A stretch of DNA of 64,000 nucleotides. Source: Synergistales bacterium (lineage in GTDB: Bacteria; Synergistota; Synergistia; Synergistales; JAFGMB01). Below the pieces are notes generated by a model. It did no database searches and was not told the origin of the DNA. It saw only the letters and a program-made list of their open reading frames with translations. Every line of letters begins with the position of its first letter. Positions within the stretch are counted from its first letter, which is position 1. The position numbers were made by a program, and so were the translations under genes. The stretch is from the NCBI GenBank assembly GCA_963666205.1, contig OY762654.1, positions 1,376,001-1,440,000 on the forward strand, read 5' to 3'. Shown here piece after piece: positions 40,573-50,830 of the stretch.

Positions 40573-41541
40573 TTATATCCTCTTAAACACCCTGCCTCTA
40601 TGCCATTTGAGGCTTTCCAGGTCGGGGTTATACAGTTCTTTTTCGGGTAAGATCATTCCCCTGCCGGACAGGGCCTGGAGATGGGCCGGGAAGTTGGGAC
40701 TGGTTGAAATCTGAGGAGAGGTCACAACCTGGTATTTTCCAGACACGGTCATTAGCCCTTCGTCGAATGCCCAGTGGCATAACTTGCAGAGGGCAAGTCC
40801 GTTACGTGGGTCATCGTTGTGGGTCTCGCTCCAGGGAATGATATGGGCTGCGTCAACGGCGGTGTGTCCCTGTCCGGTCAACATGCGTATTCCGCACAAT
40901 GCACATCTGTGATCGTAGGCAGTAACAACTGCCCTTCGAAAACCCTGGTCCCTCGAAAACTGGTTCAGCCTTTGTTCTCCCCTTGGACTTGATGCTCTTT
41001 TCAGGGTCAGGAGATCTTCGCTGTATTTCAGAGCTTCATTATTTATCAGAGACTGTTCCAGCAGCTTTGTCTGAATACTGGGTGAAAAATATGTTCTTAT
41101 AAGGGCAAATCTCAGGTCATCACGGGATGATGGATCAGTCGCCAGAACTGCAAGTTCTTTATCCAGACGAGCTCCGAGAATAAGATTCTTGAGATTAGAA
41201 AGAGAACCGGGTTCCTTTGTATGGCTGAGGATCTCCTCTTTTCCCGGCTGGGGGATAAGGTGCCATAAACCTTCAGACTGGAGATGAAGAAATGGAAGTG
41301 CGATATCACCTTTGCGGTGGGGAGGCATACATAAAGACCAGTACCGGGCAAAGATTTCGCACAGGTCAGGGGTGAGTTCTATTAGTTCAGGACTGGCCAT
41401 GCCCTCCTGGATAAGGTCGAGTACGGAGAGAAGAAGGAGAGGTTTGTTGGGAGCCTTGAAAGCAGTATCTTCAGTCCAGTAATTTCTGCCGCCTGCGGTG
41501 TGGAGATGAGAGAACTTGCGGATGTAGTGTTCTTTATCTAT
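40573..41541 (-). CDS. SBD-like + HNH endonuclease (putative modification-dependent restriction enzyme); full length needs an ATA start
   Basis: Frame open upstream of ATG 41400 giving KAPNKPLLLLSVLDLI; LPFLHLQSEGLWHL; RDQGFRRAV, CALC, AAHIIPW, NGLALCKLCHWAFD. Confidence 0.85.
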   Translation of the reverse strand: MDKEHYIRKFSHLHTAGGRNYWTEDTAFKAPNKPLLLLSVLDLIQEGMASPELIELTPDLCEIFARYWSLCMPPHRKGDIALPFLHLQSEGLWHLIPQPGKEEILSHTKEPGSLSNLKNLILGARLDKELAVLATDPSSRDDLRFALIRTYFSPSIQTKLLEQSLINNEALKYSEDLLTLKRASSPRGEQRLNQFSRDQGFRRAVVTAYDHRCALCGIRMLTGQGHTAVDAAHIIPWSETHNDDPRNGLALCKLCHWAFDEGLMTVSGKYQVVTSPQISTSPNFPAHLQALSGRGMILPEKELYNPDLESLKWHRGRVFKRI

Positions 41542-41621
41542 CCCTGCCGCCCCCCGTTTAGTGAATACAGGATTTATTCAGGCTGATTATCTCACTACCC
41601 CGATTCATAAGCAAACCAGGC

Positions 41622-41640
41622 GGGGTCAGATCTGGAAATG
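41622..41640. repeat. Core-like site in inverted orientation upstream of the restriction cluster
   Basis: GGGGTCAGATCTGGA versus consensus GGGGTCAGACCTTGA. Confidence 0.65.
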
Positions 41641-41712
41641 ACAGTTTTTAATCAAAAACATAACAAGAAGAACCTCTTTGACCGCAGGGGACGCTCAGGT
41701 TTCGCTGAGTAA

Positions 41713-42220
41713 TCCGCCGCAAACCATCTTACAAAGACGTTAAGGCGGACTTACAGCACGGAGGAAAAGCATAACCCTCGTTCTGTACAGACGGCAAGGT
41801 TCTTCAAGATGATGTCCTATCTGATTTGATCCTACTAAGATAAAGAGTGATATATGTCATGAAATCGGAGATTTATGCCAGGTAATGCTTTCGTCCAGAG
41901 GTCGCTGAGAAGAACATAAACCATAACACCAACCCATAAGACCTGTTCACCACGGAGGCAGATCTGAGGGGTCCGCCGCAAACCATCTTGAACCCCGGAC
42001 ATAATGGTAAAATGAGGGAATATTTTACAAACTCGACAATAGTCACAATTCTCAGGGACTTGCAGATTCATATTTTTCACACTGAGTATCGGAGGCAGAT
42101 CTGAGGGGTCCGCCGCAAACCATCCTGCCTAAAGGTTAAGGCGGACTTGCAGCACTGAGTATCACGGAGGGAACCTAAAACCTTGGTATTACTGCGAAAA
42201 ATGATGAAGCCATTTTTCAC
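41713..42220. repeat. Cluster of three REP-like TCCGCC...GGCGGA elements
   Basis: Copies at 41713, 41972 and 42109; 35-bp exact duplication 41953-41987 = 42090-42124. Confidence 0.85.
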
Positions 42221-42334
42221 TAATAAAACACCGGGAAAGGTTTAAGATGCGCTGAAGCACATCCTATGGTCTGATCCTATGGTCTGGAAGATCTGTGCCA
42301 GGTAAGGCTTAGGCATGGAGGTAACAGAAGTTAG

Positions 42335-42364
42335 CAGAAAGCCGGCAGATCTGCCGGCTTTCTG
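42335..42364. terminator. Perfect 30-bp palindrome downstream of the amidohydrolase gene
   Basis: CAGAAAGCCGGCAGA|TCTGCCGGCTTTCTG. Confidence 0.7.
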
Positions 42365-42397
42365 GGTCAACTATAAAAAAGTTTTTCCTGTAACTGG

Positions 42398-43597
42398 CTA
42401 ATCTTTCCGGGAATATCCATCCCAGGAAAGGGCAAATCCGGCAAGTATCTCCATGCCGGGAAGCAGCGCATCCTCGTCCACGTCAAATAGGGGAGAGTGA
42501 TGGGGATTTGCACTGCCCTTTTCCTCTCTGGCAGTTCCCAGAAAGCCGAAAGCTCCAGGTACCTTCTGCTGGAAATAGCTGAAATCCTCGGACGCCATTT
42601 CAAGGGAAGTCTCGATCACGTTGCCATGTCCAAATATCTCATCTCCCAGTTTCTTTGCAAGGCCAATGGCTTCAGGATCATTTATAACTGAAGGAACATA
42701 TTTTTTATAAACATATTCCGATGTGCATCTGAAAGATTCCGAGATCCCCTTGATCAACCTTCCTAATTTCTCTTCGATCATGTCCTGCACTTCGGGTCTG
42801 AAGGTCCTGCAGGTTCCAAGAAGTTTTACACTTTCGGGGATAATATTGAAGGCGGAACCGGCCTCGATCTTACCAAGGCTGATGACAGAAGTTTCCTGGG
42901 AGTTTATCTCACGTCCTATGATACTCTGAAGAGAGGTGATAACATGTCCGGCAGGTACGGTTGGATCCACTGCCTGATCTGGTTCGGCACCGTGACCGCC
43001 CTTTCCTTTTATAACCGCTTCCCAGGCATCACAGGATGCCATTGTGGGACCAGAACGTAATGCTATTTTTCCGGTGGGCATTGAGGACCTGACATGTATG
43101 CCGAATATCACGTCAACACCCTCAAGGACACCTTCCCGAACCATATGATCCGCACCAGATTTAAGGCCGTGCTCCTCGGCAGGCTGAAAGATAAACCTTA
43201 CCTTTCCGGCAAGCTCGTCCTTCATCTGTGAAAGGACCTTTGCCGCTCCCAAAAGCATGGCAGTATGGGCATCATGTCCGCAGGCATGCATTACCCCTTT
43301 ATTCTTTGAACAGTAGGAAACCTTGTTTTCCTCCTGAAGAGGAAGGGCATCCATATCCGCCCTGAGGGCGACACAGGGACCCGGCTTCGATCCAGTCAGA
43401 TCAGCAGTAACTCCGCACATGGTTCCTCCAAAACCTTTTTGGATGTTTTCTAATCCCAGGCTTTGAAGGATCTCCGCTACCCTTTCAGTAGTTTTCACCT
43501 CATTCCAGGCGATTTCAGGGTTCATATGAAAATGACGTCTCAGTTCTACAACCTCGGGATGTCCCTTCTCTGCAAGCGCTCTCATTTTCTCAAGCAT
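42398..43597 (-). CDS. M20D amidohydrolase
   Basis: [47 protein letters not shown]. Confidence 0.93.
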   Translation of the reverse strand: MLEKMRALAEKGHPEVVELRRHFHMNPEIAWNEVKTTERVAEILQSLGLENIQKGFGGTMCGVTADLTGSKPGPCVALRADMDALPLQEENKVSYCSKNKGVMHACGHDAHTAMLLGAAKVLSQMKDELAGKVRFIFQPAEEHGLKSGADHMVREGVLEGVDVIFGIHVRSSMPTGKIALRSGPTMASCDAWEAVIKGKGGHGAEPDQAVDPTVPAGHVITSLQSIIGREINSQETSVISLGKIEAGSAFNIIPESVKLLGTCRTFRPEVQDMIEEKLGRLIKGISESFRCTSEYVYKKYVPSVINDPEAIGLAKKLGDEIFGHGNVIETSLEMASEDFSYFQQKVPGAFGFLGTAREEKGSANPHHSPLFDVDEDALLPGMEILAGFALSWDGYSRKD

Positions 43598-43693
43598 TGA
43601 TCTTTACCTCCTCAAGTCTCTCTCTTCCTCCCGTCAATCATGTCTATGATCTCTGACGAAGGCTTTTATGGATAATCTCTGCGCTCTCTGCAG

Positions 43694-44857
43694 TTATCTT
43701 TGCCTGTTACCTCTGAACAGGGGCATTACGGACACCACTGCGGTACCGGCAATGATCAGACAAGCTGCGGCCCAGAAAGCGGGAACCAATGAGTCTGTCA
43801 TGTCCCTCAGAAAACCGGAGATGATGGGGGCTAATATGGCTGAGCTCATGGTGGCACAGTTGAAGAATCCTGTGGCTGCACCCATCTTACCGGGGTGTCT
43901 TTTGCTCACTACGTCCCCCAGCCAGGCGACCATTACGGGCTGAATGGCCGAATTACTGAGCATCCCATAGACCAGCAGTATGATTATTATTCCCGGCCTG
44001 GAAGGTATTTTTGTAAGCAGAAGCAGGACCAGGGCCGATGCGGGAAGTACTATCAGAGCTACCAGTTTGCGGTTGATCCTGTCGGACAGTCTTCCCCAGT
44101 AAAGTCCTGCCGGAATGGCGGTTATAGCCATGAGGCCGGTAAAAAAGCCCGCCTGGGAGAGAGAAAAGCCCCTTTCCACCTTCAGGAAAGTGGGTCCCCA
44201 TGCCATGGCCACCCAGAATCCGTAGAGAGATGTGAAGGTGGCAAAATTGATCTTCCATATATCCATATCTCTGAAAAGAGCCAGATAATCCTTCAATGAA
44301 GGGATGGAATCGCATTTGACTTTGGGTAGAAGAAAATATACCAGGATCGCCATAGCCAGGGTTGGGACACTTAGTATAAGGAAGGGAAGCCTGTAGCTGC
44401 CTACTGCCTCGTAGACAGGTCCGCTCATGGTCATGCCTATGAAAAGACCTATGGACATCCCTATTCCTACTATGGCACTGCTCAATGCTCTGCGGTCGGG
44501 AGATACCACATGGAAAAGGGTACTGTAGCAGGTTGGATAATAGGCACCTGCACCCATCCCGGAGAGGGCTGAAAAGAAGATCAGAAGGGAATAAGTCCTG
44601 CCGAAAGTACCAATGCCTAACATGCCCAGGCCGGCTATGACCAACATGATCATCATCACCCTCTTGAATCCCCATTTGTCACCTGCTATGCCTGCTGGTA
44701 TCTGCATTGCTACGTAGGTGAGGAAGTATGCCCCGGTGAGTGTTCCCGCCTGTGTGGATGAGAGCGACAGGTCTGCCGCGATCACCGAAAGGAGCGGATA
44801 GAGGCATGTGCGGTCCGCGTATAGAGTGGCCCAGCCAAGCATAAGTACCAGTAGCAT
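43694..44857 (-). CDS. MFS transporter
   Basis: About 12 TM segments; YADR, G..GDKWGFKR, WGRLSDRINRK motif A. Confidence 0.9.
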   Translation of the reverse strand: MLLVLMLGWATLYADRTCLYPLLSVIAADLSLSSTQAGTLTGAYFLTYVAMQIPAGIAGDKWGFKRVMMIMLVIAGLGMLGIGTFGRTYSLLIFFSALSGMGAGAYYPTCYSTLFHVVSPDRRALSSAIVGIGMSIGLFIGMTMSGPVYEAVGSYRLPFLILSVPTLAMAILVYFLLPKVKCDSIPSLKDYLALFRDMDIWKINFATFTSLYGFWVAMAWGPTFLKVERGFSLSQAGFFTGLMAITAIPAGLYWGRLSDRINRKLVALIVLPASALVLLLLTKIPSRPGIIIILLVYGMLSNSAIQPVMVAWLGDVVSKRHPGKMGAATGFFNCATMSSAILAPIISGFLRDMTDSLVPAFWAAACLIIAGTAVVSVMPLFRGNRQR

Positions 44858-45173
44858 TATGATCCTCCTTGATTTTGGAAGTTAAGTCAATATACCATGA
44901 ATCCCCTTATATATGGTGGTGTATACTACTCAATCTCAAGTTTGTGCCAGGTAAAGATCTCCATACAGCCGACGCTTAACCTAACTCCATGTCGCAATAG
45001 GGGCAAAAGTCTTTCCTGATGCAGATTTGCAAAAAATATGAGGGTTGTGTAAAGTTAAATCCGTATTTTTCATTTGCAGGAATGGTAAGCCCTGAATTTA
45101 TCGGATCATCACCGGGTTCAGGGGATATAATCCAGACCCGGTAAACGGGGATGATCATGAAAGGACCTGGACT

Positions 45174-45662
45174 ATGAGCGAGATCATAACTTTTAAACCT
45201 ATTGGTATAATCCGGACCCCCTTCAAGGAGAAGAAAGGCATGCCCATCCAGCCTCCCGGAGCAAAGGGTGTTCGGGGAGAGGTGATCCTTGACCCGTGTT
45301 ACAAGGAAGGCCTGAAGGATCTGGACGGCTTTTCTCATATCTACCTGATCTATCACTTTCATCGTAATGAAGGCTACAGGCTTACGGTGACTCCTTTCAT
45401 GGATACCGATCCGAGGGGACTCTTTTCGACCCGGGCCCCATGCAGGCCCAATCCGGTGGGCCTTTCGGTAGTAAGGCTTGTTGAGATCAGGGAAAACGTT
45501 CTGGCCGTTGAGGGTATTGATGTGCTGGATGGCACTCCTCTTATCGACATAAAGCCCTTTGTTCCCTGTTTTGATGTTACTGCGGAGGAATATCGAACGG
45601 GGTGGCTCAATAACAAGAATAAGGAAGTGGATTCAAAGAGGGCGGACACCCGGTTCAGGTAG
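45174..45662 (+). CDS. trmO: tRNA (N6-threonylcarbamoyladenosine(37)-N6)-methyltransferase TrmO/TsaA family
   Basis: PIGII, FSHIYLIYHFH, RGLFSTRAPCRPNPVGLSVV, D.LDGTPLIDIKP. Confidence 0.88.
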   Translation: MSEIITFKPIGIIRTPFKEKKGMPIQPPGAKGVRGEVILDPCYKEGLKDLDGFSHIYLIYHFHRNEGYRLTVTPFMDTDPRGLFSTRAPCRPNPVGLSVVRLVEIRENVLAVEGIDVLDGTPLIDIKPFVPCFDVTAEEYRTGWLNNKNKEVDSKRADTRFR

Positions 45663-45769
45663 GGATAATGAAGAATTCCGGGACCTTGTTCAGAACAGGG
45701 CTTAACGGCTGGGACTGTGAGAACAGGGGCAATTGAAAATAGTCTTACTGCAGGGAACTGAAGGGAACA

Positions 45770-45811
45770 AAGACAAAGTCCATTCCAGAAAACTGGAATG
45801 GACTTTGTCTT
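45770..45811. terminator. Bidirectional terminator
   Basis: 19-bp perfect arms AAGACAAAGTCCATTCCAG / CTGGAATGGACTTTGTCTT between convergent genes. Confidence 0.8.
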
Positions 45812-45841
45812 CAAAACCGGCAGATAGCCGGAATCAACAGG

Positions 45842-47590
45842 TTAACGTCTGATCAGCCAGGCAAGAGGCAACAGCAGCATCATAAGCGGAGAAAGAGAGC
45901 CGATCTGGCAACCACCAGAACCGTACCTGCTGTTCCCTCCCTCAGATTCATAGAGAGCCAGGGCGGAACTCGTAACGGTTATCTGTCCGGGGATATCGTC
46001 GGAATCGCCTGCTCCATTGTCGGTGATGGTGATCTCAATAAACTTGCCGTCAGTATCCACGTTAACTGTTACACCCTGGAGCATGGTCCAGTCAATTCCC
46101 GTACTTCTCATCCAGCAGAGAATGCTTTTGGGTGCTCCGTCTGCATCGACAAAAGCATATGGGTTATCAGGATTGAATCCTTCTGCGGGGGGCTCGAACC
46201 TTATAATTACAGAACCGCCTTCGGGGACATTATTAAGGATAAAACTGAAGGCCCCTATGGGGAATTCAGCTCCTTCAAAAGAGGCATCTTCCCTGGAAGC
46301 ACCGGAAATTGTGACTCCTCCGGAGGTCCTTATGGTAACCTTTCCCTGGATGGGGTTGGTCATGTCAGCCGGCTGGGCAAGGTGTTTCTCATTGGACTCG
46401 GTGGAGGTGTCGGCAAAGGCAAGGGTCATGAGTACAAAACTGGTTGCTATGGAGTCATTACCATCATGGCTATTAGATGCTGGCCAGTAACCCACATCGC
46501 CTGAAACGATCTGATCATCGGATATGATATCTCCACTTATGAGGATTTTCTGAGGAATAACATTGTTAAGAAGATCCTGTGACCAGGAGATATCTCCAAA
46601 AATAATCTCATCTGGAGGTATAAATGCAGTAAGAGCTTTACCCATACTGAATATGAAGTAATAATAGGCATTTTTCTGGCCAGCATAGTAGGAACCAGGA
46701 GTATATGCCCATGTGTAATTATGCCTGAACCAGTCAATAGCAATGTCAACGATGGGGTTCTGATCTTCTCCTATCATGGCAAGGTTCCAGAGTCCAGCTC
46801 CAGTCTGGCACCCACCCGGATAGAAACTGGCATAGTCTGGTTCATAAGAAAAAGCTCCATCAAGATTGATATCATTTCTTCCATCTGCCCATGACTCATC
46901 ATTGGTGGCATCCCATCCATGGCACCTTGTAACAAACATGAGGAGCCTGTCCGCCCATTCTGCTTCATCCATTGAGTAGTCAAGATATCTTGAGGCATAC
47001 CAGAGACCAAGTGCTGCATACTGGGTATTGGACATGTCAGCCCACCCGAAGTATGAGGAATCATAATACCAACCACCATAAAATGCATCATCTGAAGTAA
47101 TGCCGTTATCCTCATTATGTTGATAACTTAACAAATGATCGTAGGCGGCCTGAACCTTGTCAGAAAAACCCGGGAACAAATCTTCTTCCGCATCTGTCGC
47201 TGATCCGTAAAGGGAAAGAGCCATAAGGATAATTCCTGTTTCGTAGGTTTCGTGCCATGTCTGCTCAGGTATGAACTTCTGTTGAGTATCATCCCAGAAA
47301 GAAAGAATATAATCGATCCCGGCAATGATATGCGGGTCTGAGGCAGGCACCCCCGTATCAAGAAGTGTAGAAACAGCCATACAGGTGGTAGCAAGGGGAT
47401 AATCCGAATAAGATGCCGGCCCTCGGGAAAAATGACCGTCCGGCTGCTGCTGTCCGAAAAGGAACCACTGTCCCTGCTGAACAGCAAGGGCTACATCTGC
47501 ACTTGTAACATCATCGGCCCCAAGAACAACTGAACTGCATGTCAGAACCATAAACACTGCGACAAAACACAACAAAGCAAACTTCTTCAA
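45842..47590 (-). CDS. Secreted prenyltransferase/squalene-cyclase-like repeat protein with Synergist-CTERM-like tail
   Basis: Signal peptide; QQPDGHF, YGGWYY, DMSNTQYAALGL; ITDNGAGDSD; C-terminus GSGGCQIGSLSPLMMLLLPLAWLIRR. Confidence 0.75.
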   Translation of the reverse strand: MKKFALLCFVAVFMVLTCSSVVLGADDVTSADVALAVQQGQWFLFGQQQPDGHFSRGPASYSDYPLATTCMAVSTLLDTGVPASDPHIIAGIDYILSFWDDTQQKFIPEQTWHETYETGIILMALSLYGSATDAEEDLFPGFSDKVQAAYDHLLSYQHNEDNGITSDDAFYGGWYYDSSYFGWADMSNTQYAALGLWYASRYLDYSMDEAEWADRLLMFVTRCHGWDATNDESWADGRNDINLDGAFSYEPDYASFYPGGCQTGAGLWNLAMIGEDQNPIVDIAIDWFRHNYTWAYTPGSYYAGQKNAYYYFIFSMGKALTAFIPPDEIIFGDISWSQDLLNNVIPQKILISGDIISDDQIVSGDVGYWPASNSHDGNDSIATSFVLMTLAFADTSTESNEKHLAQPADMTNPIQGKVTIRTSGGVTISGASREDASFEGAEFPIGAFSFILNNVPEGGSVIIRFEPPAEGFNPDNPYAFVDADGAPKSILCWMRSTGIDWTMLQGVTVNVDTDGKFIEITITDNGAGDSDDIPGQITVTSSALALYESEGGNSRYGSGGCQIGSLSPLMMLLLPLAWLIRR

Positions 47591-47934
47591 AACTGCAACG
47601 CCTCCTGGGATTAAGATATGATAAAGGAACTACGATTTTTGGACACTATGGTTCCACTCCCTTAATAATATAGAAGAGTATGTAAAGGAATGTTTTTCGG
47701 ACACGGGCAGTAATATAACTTATCTCAAAGCTTGCTACAACTCCGAAATCTCATTTTTTGAGTTAATTTAATCTTACTGAGGGGTATAAATATCCGCAAA
47801 GAGTGGCCCTTTTTGATTACAACAATATCAGGTATATTGATAAAGAACAGGTAAATTGCGTATATTACCCTTGCTATCAGGTTAACCAGGGGGTAATCTT
47901 GATTATCTGAAATACTGGATCAAGACAGGGAGGT

Positions 47935-48396
47935 ATGTCCATGTTTGAATTCTTACAGGTATGGCACATTTGGATCATTGCAGGGATCCTTCTTTTTATA
48001 TGGGAGATATTCACTCCGGGTTTCGTTGTGGCATGTTTTGGCGTGGGCGCCATTGCTGCAGGACTTCTGACCTTTATGGGCATAGGTATCAAGGCTCAGC
48101 TTACTGTTTTCGCAGTTGTCTCTGCGGCAACGGGATATCTTATTCGCCCCCTGGTCCTGAAGATGCTGAGCAGGGGTTCTCAGAAGATTGAAAGCAATGT
48201 GGATGCCATGATAGGTAAAACCGCCATAGTCGTTGTCAGGATAGATCCGGATAAGGAAGAAGGCTATGTTCGTCTGGCAGGTGACCGGTGGAGAGCTGTT
48301 TCAGTTACCGGAGAGGCTGTTGAAGAAGGGAAAAAGGTGGTTATCGAAAGAGTTGAAGGAACAAGAGTATTCGTGCGGCCTGGTGCCGGGAATTAG
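47935..48396 (+). CDS. NfeD-family membrane protein
   Basis: W.IAGILL..EIFTPGF; IGKTA..G.V.L.G.RWRA; paired with SPFH gene. Confidence 0.9.
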   Translation: MSMFEFLQVWHIWIIAGILLFIWEIFTPGFVVACFGVGAIAAGLLTFMGIGIKAQLTVFAVVSAATGYLIRPLVLKMLSRGSQKIESNVDAMIGKTAIVVVRIDPDKEEGYVRLAGDRWRAVSVTGEAVEEGKKVVIERVEGTRVFVRPGAGN

Positions 48397-48429
48397 AATA
48401 CCGGTTATAAATTTAAGGAGGTTTTTCCT

Positions 48430-49446
48430 GTGTTTCAGATAATTATGGCCCTTGTGATTTTCGTGGTAGTTTTTGTTGTAAAGGGTATTGTCATGGTCTC
48501 CCAGAGTGAGACCATGGTGGTAGAAAGGCTTGGGAAATATCACCGGACCCTGGGTGCCGGTATCAACTTTACCATTCCCCTCATCGACAGACGGAAACTC
48601 TTTGTCTGGAAATACACCCTGGAAGGTCCCCAGGGGAAATATGCCGTTCAGAAACCTCTGAAAACCATAGACATGAGGGAGACCGTTTATGATTTCCCCC
48701 GGCAGAATGTTATAACCAGGGACAATGTCGTTCTGGAGATAAACGGCCTGCTCTACTTCCAGATAACAGATCCTTTCAGGGCAGTTTACGAAATCGCCAA
48801 CCTTCCCGAAGCCATTGAAAAACTTACCCAGACCACCCTCAGGAACGTGATCGGAGAAAAGACCCTGGATGAGACCCTTTCTTCACGGGAAGACATCAAT
48901 GCCCGTCTCTGCAGGGTATTGGACGAGGCTACCGACAAATGGGGTGTCAAGGTTAACAGGGTGGAGATCCAGGATATAAATCCTCCCGAGGAGATCAGGG
49001 AGGCCATGCAGAAGGAAATGCGGGCAGAAAGGGACAGGCGGGCCCAGGTCCTTGTAGCTGAAGGTGCAAAAAGGGCTGCCATACTCAAGGCTGAGGGTTT
49101 CAGGGAATCGGAGATCAACCAGGCGGAAGGCGAAAAACAGGCCAGGATACTTCGAGCCGATGGTATTGCCCAGGCACGAGTAAGAGAATCCCAGGCCGAG
49201 GCAGAGGCCATTAAAATGATATCCTCTGCCGTGAAGGAAGCCAATGGGGATCCATCTACCTACCTTATAGCCTTCAGGTACCTGGAAACATTGAAATCCA
49301 TGACCGAGGGAGACAGGGCCAAGACTGTTTACATGCCCTACGAGGCTACGGCCATTCTGGGTTCCCTGGGAGTACTCAAGGACCTGCCCGGGGGAGAGGG
49401 TTTGAAGAATATTCTTGGCGGTACAGGCAAAGGAACTGCTGAATAG
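48430..49446 (+). CDS. SPFH/band 7 (QmcA/stomatin-like) protein
   Basis: VVERLGKY, IDMRE, VITRDNV, TTLRNVIG, WGVKVNRVEI, AER.RRA..AEG. Confidence 0.93.
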   Translation: MFQIIMALVIFVVVFVVKGIVMVSQSETMVVERLGKYHRTLGAGINFTIPLIDRRKLFVWKYTLEGPQGKYAVQKPLKTIDMRETVYDFPRQNVITRDNVVLEINGLLYFQITDPFRAVYEIANLPEAIEKLTQTTLRNVIGEKTLDETLSSREDINARLCRVLDEATDKWGVKVNRVEIQDINPPEEIREAMQKEMRAERDRRAQVLVAEGAKRAAILKAEGFRESEINQAEGEKQARILRADGIAQARVRESQAEAEAIKMISSAVKEANGDPSTYLIAFRYLETLKSMTEGDRAKTVYMPYEATAILGSLGVLKDLPGGEGLKNILGGTGKGTAE

Positions 49447-49594
49447 TTTTTTTCACGATAGTTATGCCCCTTTCTTCCTGGAGAAAGGGGCTTTTGTATC
49501 GTTTTTTTCCTTAAAAATTGATCTTTCCATGTTCCGGGAAGGCATATTGTTATGATTGGGTTCTCCATGTTTTGTAAAGGAGGGGATATTTTAC

Positions 49595-50002
49595 ATGAAC
49601 AGTCTGTTCCTTAAAGGTTTATTGATGTGGCTGTTCTTTGCTGCTGTGGCAATAACTTCGGGTATTCTGAGGGAGAAATACCTTACTCCCATACTGGGTT
49701 CCCTGAGGGCACACCAGGCTGGGACCCTTGCTGTCCTCGGTATGGTCTTTCTGCTTATATATTTTCTTCTGGGCCCTGCCCTTTCCCAGATCCCGCCTGG
49801 CGGGGCCTGGACGCTGGGACTGTCCTGGCTCGGCATGACCATCTGCTTTGAATTTCTCTTCGGACACTACGTTGTGGGGCATTCCTGGAAACATCTGCTG
49901 GCGGACTACAACATAATGCAGGGAAGACTCTGGGGACTTTTCCTGGTGGGGATCGCTATTTTCCCAAGGATAGTACAGCTACTCAGGGCTTCTATAAACT
50001 GA
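49595..50002 (+). CDS. Hypothetical membrane protein
   Basis: AGGAGG SD; four hydrophobic segments; FEFLFGHY...LADYN...GRLW. Confidence 0.75.
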   Translation: MNSLFLKGLLMWLFFAAVAITSGILREKYLTPILGSLRAHQAGTLAVLGMVFLLIYFLLGPALSQIPPGGAWTLGLSWLGMTICFEFLFGHYVVGHSWKHLLADYNIMQGRLWGLFLVGIAIFPRIVQLLRASIN

Positions 50003-50255
50003 TACACATAGAGTCCAACCTGACCTGCTTCAAAGAACAGGTTTTTTCCAGACATGGCATTTTTATATAAAATGTAAAATAAAACAATAATTGAGTGCTA
50101 TTTTTTTATACATGGTATATCATCCAATAGCGTATAGTAAACATAGTATAATTTTATTGAGATATTATTGTACATCTGTTTGGCAAAATGTATAATTAAC
50201 CATGCTCTTGTATTGATTGGAAAGAATAATAGTTTTCATTGAAGGAGAGAAATGT

Positions 50256-50780
50256 ATGGGTATTCTATTACGTCTATTATATGTTTTCACAAAGGTTGGA
50301 GTGCTGGCTTATGGTGGCGGCCCTTCCATGATACCCCTTGTCCAGATCGAGGTGGTCGATAACAGTAAATGGATGTCCCTTACAGAATTTATGGACACCC
50401 TGGCCATGGGATATTCCCTTCCGGGACCCATTGCGACCAAAATGGCAGCAGCCGTTGGTTACAGAGTTGCAGGATTCAAAGGTGCCATTTCCGCCCTCCT
50501 GGGTATTGCCCTTCCATCTGCAATAATGATGCTTGTGATGGTGATATTCTTCATGCATCTTAAAGATCACCCCATGTTCGGTGCCATGATGAAGGGTATT
50601 CGACCGGTGATACTGGCCCTCCTTGCTCTTGTTGTTTACCAGATGTTTCCCAAGTCAGTAGTTTCTCCGCTGACTGGTCTTATCGGCCTGGGAGCCCTGG
50701 TTATCATGATAGTTTTCAAAGTACATCCTGCTTTTCTGATCATTGCAGGAGGTTCCTTAGGAATGATGTTCTTCAGATAA
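50256..50780 (+). CDS. Short-chain chromate (CHR) transporter
   Basis: KVG..AYGGGPSMIP, PGPIATK.A..VGY, LPS, GIRPV; GAAGGAG SD before ATG 50256. Confidence 0.88.
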   Translation: MGILLRLLYVFTKVGVLAYGGGPSMIPLVQIEVVDNSKWMSLTEFMDTLAMGYSLPGPIATKMAAAVGYRVAGFKGAISALLGIALPSAIMMLVMVIFFMHLKDHPMFGAMMKGIRPVILALLALVVYQMFPKSVVSPLTGLIGLGALVIMIVFKVHPAFLIIAGGSLGMMFFR

Positions 50781-50818
50781 AGAAAAAGGGGCTACCCGGA
50801 AGGTTAGCCCCTTTTCTT
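50781..50818. terminator. Bidirectional terminator
   Basis: AAAAGGGGCTA-loop-TAGCCCCTTTT between convergent genes. Confidence 0.85.
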
Positions 50819-50830
50819 ATCTGTATTTTC

